Origin: Microbacterium sp.
GTDB taxonomy: Bacteria; Actinomycetota; Actinomycetes; Actinomycetales; Microbacteriaceae
DNA length: 62,187 nt
Assembly: GCA_050701935.1 (NCBI GenBank)
Contig: JBOGEI010000001.1
Location: 1-62,187 of the forward strand
Direction: 5' to 3'
Part shown: positions 19,378 through 27,713 of the stretch, piece after piece
How the letters are laid out: each line of letters begins with the position of its first letter
Numbering within the stretch: position 1 is the first letter of the stretch
Program-made: the position numbers and the translations under genes
The notes under the pieces: model-generated
Seen by the model: only the letters and a program-made list of their open reading frames with translations
Told to the model about the DNA's origin: nothing
Database searches by the model: none

Positions 19378-22300
19378 TGGGCTGGCACAACCCGCCACTG
19401 TCCTGGAACGATCTGGAACGCACCCTCAGCGGCGAGGAGTCGCCTCCGACGCCTCCGAGCTCAGAACCCCGGGGGCAGCGGACGGATCCAGGACCGGTGA
19501 GCCGCCGCCGCAAGCGCACGCCTCCCATAGCCATCCCCCGCCCCGAGCATGCGATCCCCTACGCCGAGCTGCACGTGCACTCCTCGTACTCGTTCCTCGA
19601 CGGCGCCTCCTCGCCCGAAGACCTCCTCACCGAGGCCGACCGCCTCGGGCTGACCGCTCTCGCCCTCACCGACCATGACGGCTTCTACGGCGCTGCACGC
19701 TTCGCCGAGGCGGCAGACCTCATGAAGAGCCCGTTGCAGACGGTGTTCGGGGCCGAGCTCTCCTTGGATCTGCCCGCACCGCAACGGGGTTCCGCCGATC
19801 CTGTCGGCGAGCATCTGCTGGTCCTCGCCCGCGGGATGGAGGGGTATCACCGGCTCTCGGGGGCGATCACCGCTGCGCAGCTGCGCGGTGGCGAGAAGGG
19901 GCGTCCGGTCTACGACCTCGACGACCTCGCCGCACGGGCTGGCGGGCACTGGACGGTCCTGACCGGATGCCGCAAGGGCGCCGTGCGCCGCGGGCTCGAG
20001 GTCGGAGACGCGGCCACCCCGCTGCGCTCCCTCATCGACCTGTTCGGGAGCGATCACGTCGCCGTCGAGCTCTTCGATCACGGAGATCCGCTCGACACCC
20101 GCCGCAACGACGCTCTCGCCGACCTCGCCCGTCGACTGCACCTGCCGGTGGTCGCGACCAACAACGTGCACTACGCCACGCCCGCACAGGCACCGCTCGC
20201 CGAAGCCGTCGCCGCGGTCCGTGCGGTGCGCAGCATGGACGAGCTCGACGGCTGGCTGCCCGCACACGGAGGCGCGCACCTGCGCAGCGGAGCCGAGATG
20301 TCGGCGCGTTTCCGGCGCTACCCCGGAGCGATCTCGCACGGGCTCGAGCTCGCCGCGGCATCCGCCTTCCCGTTGCGCCTCGCACGGCCCGCGCTTCCGC
20401 AGCAGAAGGTTCCCGAGGGGCACACGCCCATGAGCTGGCTGCGTCATCTGGTCTGGGAGGCGGCGCCCTCGAAGTACCCGCGGTTGGACGACGACGGCCG
20501 CCACCGGATCGCACGCGAGCTCGACGTGATCGAGGAGAAGGATTTCCCCGGGTACTTCCTGATCGTGCACGGCATCGTGACCGAGGCGCGAAGGCTCGGC
20601 ATCCTCTGCCAGGGACGAGGGTCGGCTGCGGCGAGCGCGGTCTGCTACCTGCTGGGGATCACCGCCGTCGATCCGATCCTCTACCGCCTGCCCTTCGAGC
20701 GGTTCCTCGCGACCACCCGCACGGAGGAGCCCGACATCGACGTGGACTTCGACTCCGACCGCCGCGAGGAGATCATCCAGTGGGTCTACCGCGAGTACGG
20801 CAGGGAGCGGGCAGCGCAGGTGGCGAACGTCATCCAGTACCGCCCGAAGAACGCGGTGCGCGACATGGCGAGAGCGCTCGGTCATTCCCCCGGTCAACAG
20901 GACGCCTGGTCCCGGCAGGTCGACGGCTGGGGCGCGGGGCTGGAGCCCGTCGAGGGCCACGACATCCCCGAGAACGTGCTCGCCTATGCCGGTGAGCTGC
21001 TGAAGGCACCGCGTCATCTCGGCATCCACTCCGGCGGCATGGTGCTCACCGCGCGCCCCGTCGGCGAGGTGGTGCCCGTGGAGCACGCCCGCATGGAGGA
21101 TCGCACGGTCATCCAGTGGGACAAGGACGATTCCGCCTTCATGGGGCTGGTGAAGTTCGACCTGCTGGGGCTCGGGATGCTCGCCGCCCTCCAGCACTGC
21201 TTCGACCTGATCCGGGAGACCACCGGCGAGCAGTGGCGGCTCGAGACCATCCCGAAGGAGGAGCCGGCGGTCTACGACATGCTCTGCCGTGCGGACTCCA
21301 TCGGCGTCTTCCAGGTGGAATCCCGAGCGCAGATCGGGCTGCTCCCCCGCCTGCAGCCGCGGTGCTTCTACGACCTCGCGATCCAGATCGCACTCATCCG
21401 TCCAGGGCCCATCCAAGGCGGCGCGGTGCATCCGTTCGTGCGGCGCAAGATGGCGAAGGACCGCGTCGACGAGGAGAACCGGGAGCGTGCCGCTCGCGGG
21501 CAGGAGCCCGTGGAGTTCGCGATCCCCTACCCCCACAGCGATCTCGAGGACATCCTGAAGCGCACGCTGGGCATCCCGATCTTCCAGGAGCAGCTCATCC
21601 AGATGGCGACGGCGATCGGCGACTGCACGGCTGATGAGGCCGACCTGCTGCGCCGCGCCATGGGCTCCAAGCGCGGCCTGGAGAAGATCGAGAAGGTCAG
21701 GGACAAGCTGTACGCGGGGATGGCCAGGCGCGGTCTCGTCGACGAGGCCGCCGATCGCATCTACGCGCAGATCCAGGCGTTCTCGAACTTCGGCTTCGCC
21801 GAGTCGCACTCCCTGTCCTTCGCCCTGCTCGTCTACGCCAGCTCCTGGCTGAAGCTGCACTACCCCGCCGCGTTCCTCGCCGGTCTCCTGCGCTCGCAGC
21901 CCATGGGCTTCTACTCCGCGGCGACCCTCACTGCGGATGCACGGCGGCACGGGGTGGAGGTTCGCCGTCCCGATCTGCACGTCTCCGGCGCGACGGAGAC
22001 CCTGGAGCCGATCGTCGAGGCGCCGGAAAGCGGTCCCACCGGGCGGGAGTCGTGCGTGGCCGACCCTCAACCGCCGGCGGTCCGCTTCGACAGGGATGCA
22101 CCGGACGAATCAGCCGCGCACCGGAGGGACGGCCGATCCGCTGTTCGGCTGGGGCTCAGCGGCGTTCGCGGAATCGGTGTCCCGATGGCAGAGAAGATCG
22201 TCGCCGAACGCGAGGCGAACGGCCGATACCGGGACCTGCACGATCTGGTGCGACGCACTGATGCCACCGCCGCGCAGCTCGAAGCCCTCGCCACCGCCGG

Positions 22301-22841
22301 TGCCTTCGACTGCCTGGGCCTGGAGCGCCGAGAAGCCATCTGGATGGCCGGAGCCGCAGCGGATGACCGTTCTCGCTTCCTCCCGGGGACGACGGTCGCC
22401 GTGCAACCGCCCCTGTTCGCCGATCAGACCAGCTACGAGCGTCTCTCTGCCGACCTGTGGGCGACCGGGGTGTCGACCGACGATCATCCGATGGCGCACT
22501 TCCGCGAAGAGCTGCGCACGCGCGGTGTGCTGACCGCCGTCGATCTGCAGGGGCACGAGGTCGGTCGACGCATCGAGGTCGCCGGTCTCGTCACTCACCG
22601 TCAGCGACCCGCCACGGCAGCCGGGATCACCTTCGTGAACCTCGAGGACGAGAGCGGCCTGGTCAACGTCGTCTGCTCGGCCGGGGTCTGGAACCGCTAT
22701 CGCCGCGTCGCCCGGGATTCACCGGCGCTCATCATCCGCGGAATCCTGGAGAGGTCGGCCGAGGGCGTGGTCAACGTGCTCGCCGACGGGTTCGAGGATC
22801 TGCGCACCGGTCTCACCCATCGCTCCAGAGACTTCCGCTGA
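19377..22841 (+). CDS. dnaE2: Error-prone DNA polymerase DnaE2
   Basis: PHP domain YAELHVHSSYSFLDG, GRGSAA, PDIDVDF, C-terminal SRDFR signature. Confidence 0.95.
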   Translation: MGWHNPPLSWNDLERTLSGEESPPTPPSSEPRGQRTDPGPVSRRRKRTPPIAIPRPEHAIPYAELHVHSSYSFLDGASSPEDLLTEADRLGLTALALTDHDGFYGAARFAEAADLMKSPLQTVFGAELSLDLPAPQRGSADPVGEHLLVLARGMEGYHRLSGAITAAQLRGGEKGRPVYDLDDLAARAGGHWTVLTGCRKGAVRRGLEVGDAATPLRSLIDLFGSDHVAVELFDHGDPLDTRRNDALADLARRLHLPVVATNNVHYATPAQAPLAEAVAAVRAVRSMDELDGWLPAHGGAHLRSGAEMSARFRRYPGAISHGLELAAASAFPLRLARPALPQQKVPEGHTPMSWLRHLVWEAAPSKYPRLDDDGRHRIARELDVIEEKDFPGYFLIVHGIVTEARRLGILCQGRGSAAASAVCYLLGITAVDPILYRLPFERFLATTRTEEPDIDVDFDSDRREEIIQWVYREYGRERAAQVANVIQYRPKNAVRDMARALGHSPGQQDAWSRQVDGWGAGLEPVEGHDIPENVLAYAGELLKAPRHLGIHSGGMVLTARPVGEVVPVEHARMEDRTVIQWDKDDSAFMGLVKFDLLGLGMLAALQHCFDLIRETTGEQWRLETIPKEEPAVYDMLCRADSIGVFQVESRAQIGLLPRLQPRCFYDLAIQIALIRPGPIQGGAVHPFVRRKMAKDRVDEENRERAARGQEPVEFAIPYPHSDLEDILKRTLGIPIFQEQLIQMATAIGDCTADEADLLRRAMGSKRGLEKIEKVRDKLYAGMARRGLVDEAADRIYAQIQAFSNFGFAESHSLSFALLVYASSWLKLHYPAAFLAGLLRSQPMGFYSAATLTADARRHGVEVRRPDLHVSGATETLEPIVEAPESGPTGRESCVADPQPPAVRFDRDAPDESAAHRRDGRSAVRLGLSGVRGIGVPMAEKIVAEREANGRYRDLHDLVRRTDATAAQLEALATAGAFDCLGLERREAIWMAGAAADDRSRFLPGTTVAVQPPLFADQTSYERLSADLWATGVSTDDHPMAHFREELRTRGVLTAVDLQGHEVGRRIEVAGLVTHRQRPATAAGITFVNLEDESGLVNVVCSAGVWNRYRRVARDSPALIIRGILERSAEGVVNVLADGFEDLRTGLTHRSRDFR

Positions 22842-22871
22842 GGACTGCCGCCCCGCCCGGAGACGCTCGGC

Positions 22872-23255
22872 TCACCAGAAGCGCTCGGGCTCCTCTGCCG
22901 GAGGACGATCCGCTCCGCCCCACCGGTCGGCTTCGGCCTTCGCGGCGTCTGCGGCCGCATCGGCTTCGCGGAGAGCGACCTTGGCTCCGGTCGGGCCGGG
23001 CCCGATGGGGTCGACGAGCAGCGTCGTATGGGCGCCCGCTCCTCCCATCGTCACGGTGCACCTGAGGACGCGGCCGATCCAGCGGGAGAAGTCGCCGCTC
23101 GGGTCTTCCGCCCGGCGGTAGCGGATGCCTGTGTCGAGGTCGACGAGAGCGAGGACCACCGGCTCGTCGGTCAGCGGATCGACCTGCTCGGTCACCTCGA
23201 TGCGGTGGCCGTGAGCGATGGCGACCTGAGCGGTGAGCACGAGCAATCTGTCCAT
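22872..23255 (-). CDS. Hypothetical protein
   Basis: 127-aa ORF filling the gap; TAGGGT-N6-ATG leaderless arrangement. Confidence 0.65.
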   Translation of the reverse strand: MDRLLVLTAQVAIAHGHRIEVTEQVDPLTDEPVVLALVDLDTGIRYRRAEDPSGDFSRWIGRVLRCTVTMGGAGAHTTLLVDPIGPGPTGAKVALREADAAADAAKAEADRWGGADRPPAEEPERFW

Positions 23256-23324
23256 GAGTCCACCCTAGAGAAGCCCGTCAGGAAGACAACAGGGAGTGCC
23301 CGCGAGTAACATTCGCAAATTTCT

Positions 23325-23365
23325 TTGTCCCCCAAATGGCGGACAAGCCGATTAAGCGATATTCT
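23325..23365 (+). promoter_or_regulatory. Dyad operator plus -10 box of a putative sRNA promoter
   Basis: TTGTCC-c-CCA-aa-TGG-c-GGACAA (23325-23346) and TATTCT (23360-23365) in a locally AT-rich stretch. Confidence 0.5.
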
Positions 23366-23371
23366 GCTCTC

Positions 23372-23510
23372 CGTAGCGGGGGCTACGAGGCTGATGGACT
23401 GGGGAATCAGCCGTGAGCGCAGCGAGATCTTCGCCGCCTCCCCAACCGTCCGGGAAGGACGGTGAGCCCTCTCGAAGGCACCGTCTGGGGCGGGTCGTCG
23501 AGAGGGCCAA
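23372..23510 (+). ncRNA. Putative multi-hairpin small RNA with G-rich loops
   Basis: Serial hairpins with loops GGGG, GGACTGGGGA, GGGAA and TGGGG, beginning 7 nt after a -10 box; no credible ORF. Confidence 0.5.
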
Positions 23511-23531
23511 TCCCCCCATCCGACTGCGCGA

Positions 23532-23906
23532 TCAGTCGAGTGGGATGACCTCGAGCGTGTTCGAGCGCACGGGCTCCTGCCCCATCTCGGGAGCGTACGG
23601 GCTCGGGGTGTACTTGCGGAGGTATTCGGCGTCGATCGCGGAGTTGATCGCCTCGTCGGCGATCCGCTCGAAGCGCACGTCCTTCGTGACACCACCCGCC
23701 GAGACGCGACCGCGCAGGCTGGCAAGGGCCGGTGCGTACCACTTGCCCGCAAGACCCGTGTAGGAGCGGACGAAAAGGCGTCCATCGACTGCGACCGCCC
23801 AGATCCCCACGGTCTTCGGAGTCGTGCCGTCTTCGAGCTGGGCGGAGAGATCGAACATCTCAGGCTCCGCGATGCGGGCGAGCTCTCCAGGGTTCCAGGT
23901 CGTCAT
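23532..23906 (-). CDS. DUF2255-like protein
   Basis: IWAVxVDGRLFVRSY and IDAEYLRKY motifs; RBS GAGGAG. Confidence 0.75.
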   Translation of the reverse strand: MTTWNPGELARIAEPEMFDLSAQLEDGTTPKTVGIWAVAVDGRLFVRSYTGLAGKWYAPALASLRGRVSAGGVTKDVRFERIADEAINSAIDAEYLRKYTPSPYAPEMGQEPVRSNTLEVIPLD

Positions 23907-23950
23907 GAGTCCTCCTCGGGATCGGTGGGGGCGGCAGAGTGCATGCTACG

Positions 23951-24589
23951 TCAGATCCGGTCGGACTCTGAGAACGGTTGCGGGTGCGCGCTGACCAGAC
24001 GCGTGCGCAGCGAGTCGAGGAGCAGACCGACCCCGAGCTCGAACGTGCGATCCGACCGCGCACTCCCCCGCTCCGCACCGTCGATGAGACGCCCCAGAGT
24101 GCGTGTGGCCCCCTCGGGCTGCCAGACCTCGTCAGGGGAGGCGAGATCGAGACCGAAGCCGATCGCGAAGGCATCGATGACGGCGATCACCGAGAGCACC
24201 TCATCTTCGGGGAACCCGCCATCGACGAGCACGGATGCGAGATCGTCGTACGCGGAGATGACTGCCGGGTGCGTGATCGTCTTCCCCACGAGCAGCGGCA
24301 CGAGCTGCGGATGGTCCGCGTACATCCGGCGCTGAGTGCGCAGCACCGCGAGCACGAACTCGTCCCAGCGTTCGCCGCGCCACTCGACGCGGTATCCCTC
24401 CACGAGCTCGCCGCGCATGAGCTCGAGGATTCCATCCATGCCGTCGACGTGGTTGTAAAGCGATGACGGACGCACACCGAGCTCACGGGCGATGGCGTTC
24501 ACCCCGAACGGCTCGCCGGCCCTGGCGAGGGCGAGGCCCGCGGAGCCGATGATCTCCGGGGAGAGAAGCGGGGAGGACGGCCTCGGCAT
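23951..24589 (-). CDS. TetR-family regulator (TetR_C type)
   Basis: HTH GVNAIARELGVRPSSLYNH; divergent from the MFS gene. Confidence 0.88.
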   Translation of the reverse strand: MPRPSSPLLSPEIIGSAGLALARAGEPFGVNAIARELGVRPSSLYNHVDGMDGILELMRGELVEGYRVEWRGERWDEFVLAVLRTQRRMYADHPQLVPLLVGKTITHPAVISAYDDLASVLVDGGFPEDEVLSVIAVIDAFAIGFGLDLASPDEVWQPEGATRTLGRLIDGAERGSARSDRTFELGVGLLLDSLRTRLVSAHPQPFSESDRI

Positions 24590-24665
24590 CGGGGACTCGC
24601 TTTCTCCGGAGGACCGGACGTGAGATCTGGGGGTTCCGCGAGAACCCTCTCCTGTGCATAATAAT

Positions 24666-24699
24666 GAACACCATTCGTTTACGAACACCATTCGTTTAC
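24666..24699. promoter_or_regulatory. Tandem 17-bp repeat (GAACACCATTCGTTTAC)x2, putative double TetR operator
   Basis: Exact tandem duplication; contains the palindrome ACGAA-cacca-TTCGT; adjacent to the CATAAT -10 box. Confidence 0.7.
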
Positions 24700-24776
24700 G
24701 ACGTCGTGCTCCACCCGCCGCACGTCCGCTGTCTTCCCCCTCCGCGCACAATGCCGTGCCGACTCACTGGAGCCCC

Positions 24777-26012
24777 ATGACCACGCTCGATCTCCGCACC
24801 AGAATCCCCCTCCGCTTCCCGACCGCGTCGGCGACCTTCGCCATCGGGATCGCGGGGTATCTGGGCGTCAATCTGTCGCCCTACATGATCACCGCAGCAC
24901 AGACAGGCCTCGGCCTCGATGTCCTCACAGCCAGCTGGCTCGTCACCGCGACCCTCCTGCTGACCGCGATGACCGGCCTGGCGATCGCCCCGCTGTGTGC
25001 CGGAGCGCATCGCCGTACCGTCGCACGCGTCGGACTCGGTCTCGCGGTGGTGGGCTTCGCGACCGCGGCGTTCGCGCCAGCGGCCATGCTTCCAGGACTC
25101 CTCCTCGGCGGCGCCGGAGCGGGTGGCGCGGTCGCCGCATCGGGTGCCGCGCTCGCTGCTTTCCGCAACCCCGACAGGGTCGCCGGCTTCAACGGGCTCG
25201 CGAACCGCGGCGTCATCACGGTGGTGCTCGCCGTGATCCCCCTGATCGGCCTCGCCCCCATCGACGTGTTCGGCGCGCTCGCCCTGTTCAGCCTGATCGG
25301 TCTGATCGCTTCGGCCTGGCTCCCTGCCGCACCGGTCGTCGCCCCGCAGGCTGGGGCGGCCGTCGCCGAGGCGATGCCGATCGAGATCCCACCGACCGGA
25401 ACCGTCCGCATCTCGCCCGCGCGCTCGCGATCGGTCACGATCGCCGGCTTCGGACTACTCATCGTGTTCGCCCTCTGGGCGGCCAGCGAGGATTCGCTCT
25501 GGGCGATGGCCGGAGTCATGGGCGCGGAACAGGCTGGTCTGACGCCCGAGGGACTGGGAATCGCGCTCAGCGGTGCCACGGCGGGCGGCCTGCTCGGCTC
25601 ACTGCTCCTCATGATCGTCGGCGCCCGCTTCGGGCGTGCCCTTCCGCTGGTGATCCTGCTGGTCGCCGGCGGTGCCCTCAAGATCGTGGAAGGGTTCGTG
25701 ACCGACCCCACCACCTTCATCGTGGTGTTCATCGTCTGGAACTCGGTGTATGCCATCGCGTTCATGTACTTCGTCTCGACGTCGGCGGCACTGGATGCAG
25801 ACGGCCGCTGGTCGGGGCCGCTGCTCGCGGTCTACCTCGTCGGATCGGCTCTCACACCGGTGATCGGCGCCGCACTCGTCGGTGCTCTCGGCTACCAGGG
25901 CTTCGCCGTCGCCCTCGGGATCGCCAGCTTCGTCCTGGCCGTTCCCGCCGGGGCGATCGCGCTCGTATCGACGCGTCTGGAACGCACGACCCCGAAGGAG
26001 AGCATCGCATGA
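24777..26012 (+). CDS. MFS transporter
   Basis: About 12 hydrophobic segments in two halves; ATG after GGAG. Confidence 0.8.
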   Translation: MTTLDLRTRIPLRFPTASATFAIGIAGYLGVNLSPYMITAAQTGLGLDVLTASWLVTATLLLTAMTGLAIAPLCAGAHRRTVARVGLGLAVVGFATAAFAPAAMLPGLLLGGAGAGGAVAASGAALAAFRNPDRVAGFNGLANRGVITVVLAVIPLIGLAPIDVFGALALFSLIGLIASAWLPAAPVVAPQAGAAVAEAMPIEIPPTGTVRISPARSRSVTIAGFGLLIVFALWAASEDSLWAMAGVMGAEQAGLTPEGLGIALSGATAGGLLGSLLLMIVGARFGRALPLVILLVAGGALKIVEGFVTDPTTFIVVFIVWNSVYAIAFMYFVSTSAALDADGRWSGPLLAVYLVGSALTPVIGAALVGALGYQGFAVALGIASFVLAVPAGAIALVSTRLERTTPKESIA

Positions 26013-27598
26013 CCCGCACCCTCTACCGGAACGGACGCATCTTCACCGGTGACGAGTCGCGCTGGGCCGACTCCGTCGTCGTCGACGGCCACGTGTTCGT
26101 CCACGTCGGCGCGGAGCAATCGGCCCCGCCCGCCGACACGGTCATCGACCTCCGAGGGAGCGTCGTCCTCCCTGGATTCACCGACGCACACACCCACCTG
26201 CTCATGATGGGCGAAGCTCTCGGACAGGTAGGGCTCACCGATGCCTCCACGCTAGAGGAGATCCAACGCCGACTGGGCGCCGCACGAGACTCGGCCAACG
26301 GCGTGCTGCGCGGACGCGGCTGGCTGTTCGATGCGATTCCCGATGGGGAGCCGACCGCCGCGATGATCGATGCGGTCGTCTCCGACATCCCGGTCTACCT
26401 CGATGCGAACGACTACCACTCCTGCTGGGTGAACACAGCAGCCCTCAACGAGCTCGGAATCACACGGGACACGCCCGACCCCATCGGCGGTCGCATCGCC
26501 CGCGACACCGACGGCGAGCCCTCCGGGATGCTGTACGAGACGGCCGCCCAGTTGCACGCGTGGGCGCACCGCGATGCGAGCACGACCGATGCCCAACGCG
26601 ACTCCGCAGTCGAACGGGTCGTCTCGGCGTACCTCGCCGCCGGTGTGACCGGGGCCGTGGACATGGCCTTCGACGGTCTCGGGCTCGCCGCGCTCGGTCG
26701 GGCGTCAGAGAGCGGCCGGCTCCCGTTGCGCGTCGCTGCGCACTGGTTCGTCGCGAACACCGGAGAAGATGCCGCGAACCTCGCACAGGTCGCACAGGCT
26801 GCCGAGCACGCGTCGGTGACGACACCGGGCGTGAAGATCCTCGGGATCAAGCTGGTGCTCGACGGCACGATCGACGCGTGCACTGCAGCCATGGGCGCCC
26901 CGTACGCCGACGGCACGAACGCCGAACCCATCTGGCCGGCCGACCGGCTGTTCCCCGTGGTCGAGGCGGCGGACGCCGCTGGACTGCAGATCGCGCTGCA
27001 TGCGATCGGCGACGCGGCGAGCACGCTGGCCCTGGACGCGATCGAGCACGCCATCGCAGCGAACGGCGAACGTCAGCGTCGACACCGGATCGAGCACCTC
27101 GAGTATGCGGCCCCTGCAACCGCCGAGCGCATGGCGCGGCTCGGAGTCACAGCATCCATGCAACCCGTGCACGCAGACCCAGCGATCTTCGCGAACTGGG
27201 CGGCTCAGATCGGGGACGACCGTGTCGATCGCGCGTTCGCCTGGTCGGAGTACGAGCAGGCTGGCACACTCCTCGCCTTCTCGACCGATGCGCCGACCGC
27301 TCCGCATGATGCGCTCGCGAACATGTACGTCGCCAGCACCCGCGCTTCGGCTCTGACGCCGGGGGTCCCTGCCGCGCACCCTGAGCGGGCGCTCCCGCTC
27401 GAGCGGGCGGTGGCGCATGCCACTCGGGATGCCGCGGCATCGACGGGCGACGGCGACTGGCGTGGACGCATCGCCGTCGGATACGCCGCCGACTTCGCCG
27501 TTGTCGACGCCGATCCGTTCGATGCAGATCCGGCGACCCTGCTCACTGCGAAAGTGGTGCGGACGGTGATAGCGGGGCAGACGGTCTACGACGCGTAG
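26009..27598 (+). CDS. Amidohydrolase (amidohydro_3/YtcJ-like)
   Basis: PGFTDAHTH, HAIGD, RHRIEH, SMQPVH, STDAP; ATGA overlap with the MFS gene. Confidence 0.9.
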   Translation: MTRTLYRNGRIFTGDESRWADSVVVDGHVFVHVGAEQSAPPADTVIDLRGSVVLPGFTDAHTHLLMMGEALGQVGLTDASTLEEIQRRLGAARDSANGVLRGRGWLFDAIPDGEPTAAMIDAVVSDIPVYLDANDYHSCWVNTAALNELGITRDTPDPIGGRIARDTDGEPSGMLYETAAQLHAWAHRDASTTDAQRDSAVERVVSAYLAAGVTGAVDMAFDGLGLAALGRASESGRLPLRVAAHWFVANTGEDAANLAQVAQAAEHASVTTPGVKILGIKLVLDGTIDACTAAMGAPYADGTNAEPIWPADRLFPVVEAADAAGLQIALHAIGDAASTLALDAIEHAIAANGERQRRHRIEHLEYAAPATAERMARLGVTASMQPVHADPAIFANWAAQIGDDRVDRAFAWSEYEQAGTLLAFSTDAPTAPHDALANMYVASTRASALTPGVPAAHPERALPLERAVAHATRDAAASTGDGDWRGRIAVGYAADFAVVDADPFDADPATLLTAKVVRTVIAGQTVYDA

Positions 27599-27629
27599 CT
27601 CCCCGCCTGCATTTCCAGGATATCCCCGA

Positions 27630-27657
27630 GGTGGGGGCTTGCCGCAAGGCCCCCACC
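27630..27657. promoter_or_regulatory. Rifamycin-associated element (RAE)
   Basis: GGTGGGGGCTTGCCGCAAGGCCCCCACC, core GGGCTTGCnGCAAGGCCC, upstream of a HelR-type gene. Confidence 0.85.
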
Positions 27658-27713
27658 ATGGGGCAGAATCGACCCTCGCTCCTGTGATCGGCACTCGAGC
27701 GTGAAGGAGATCC

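Noticed and set aside
23372..23510. Assignment as 6C RNA on the minus strand, or as a CDS (ORFs 23407-23742, 23413-23763)
   Set aside because: C runs in the loops are shorter than six and the promoter points to the + strand; the ORFs overlap the DUF2255 gene and do not look like proteins
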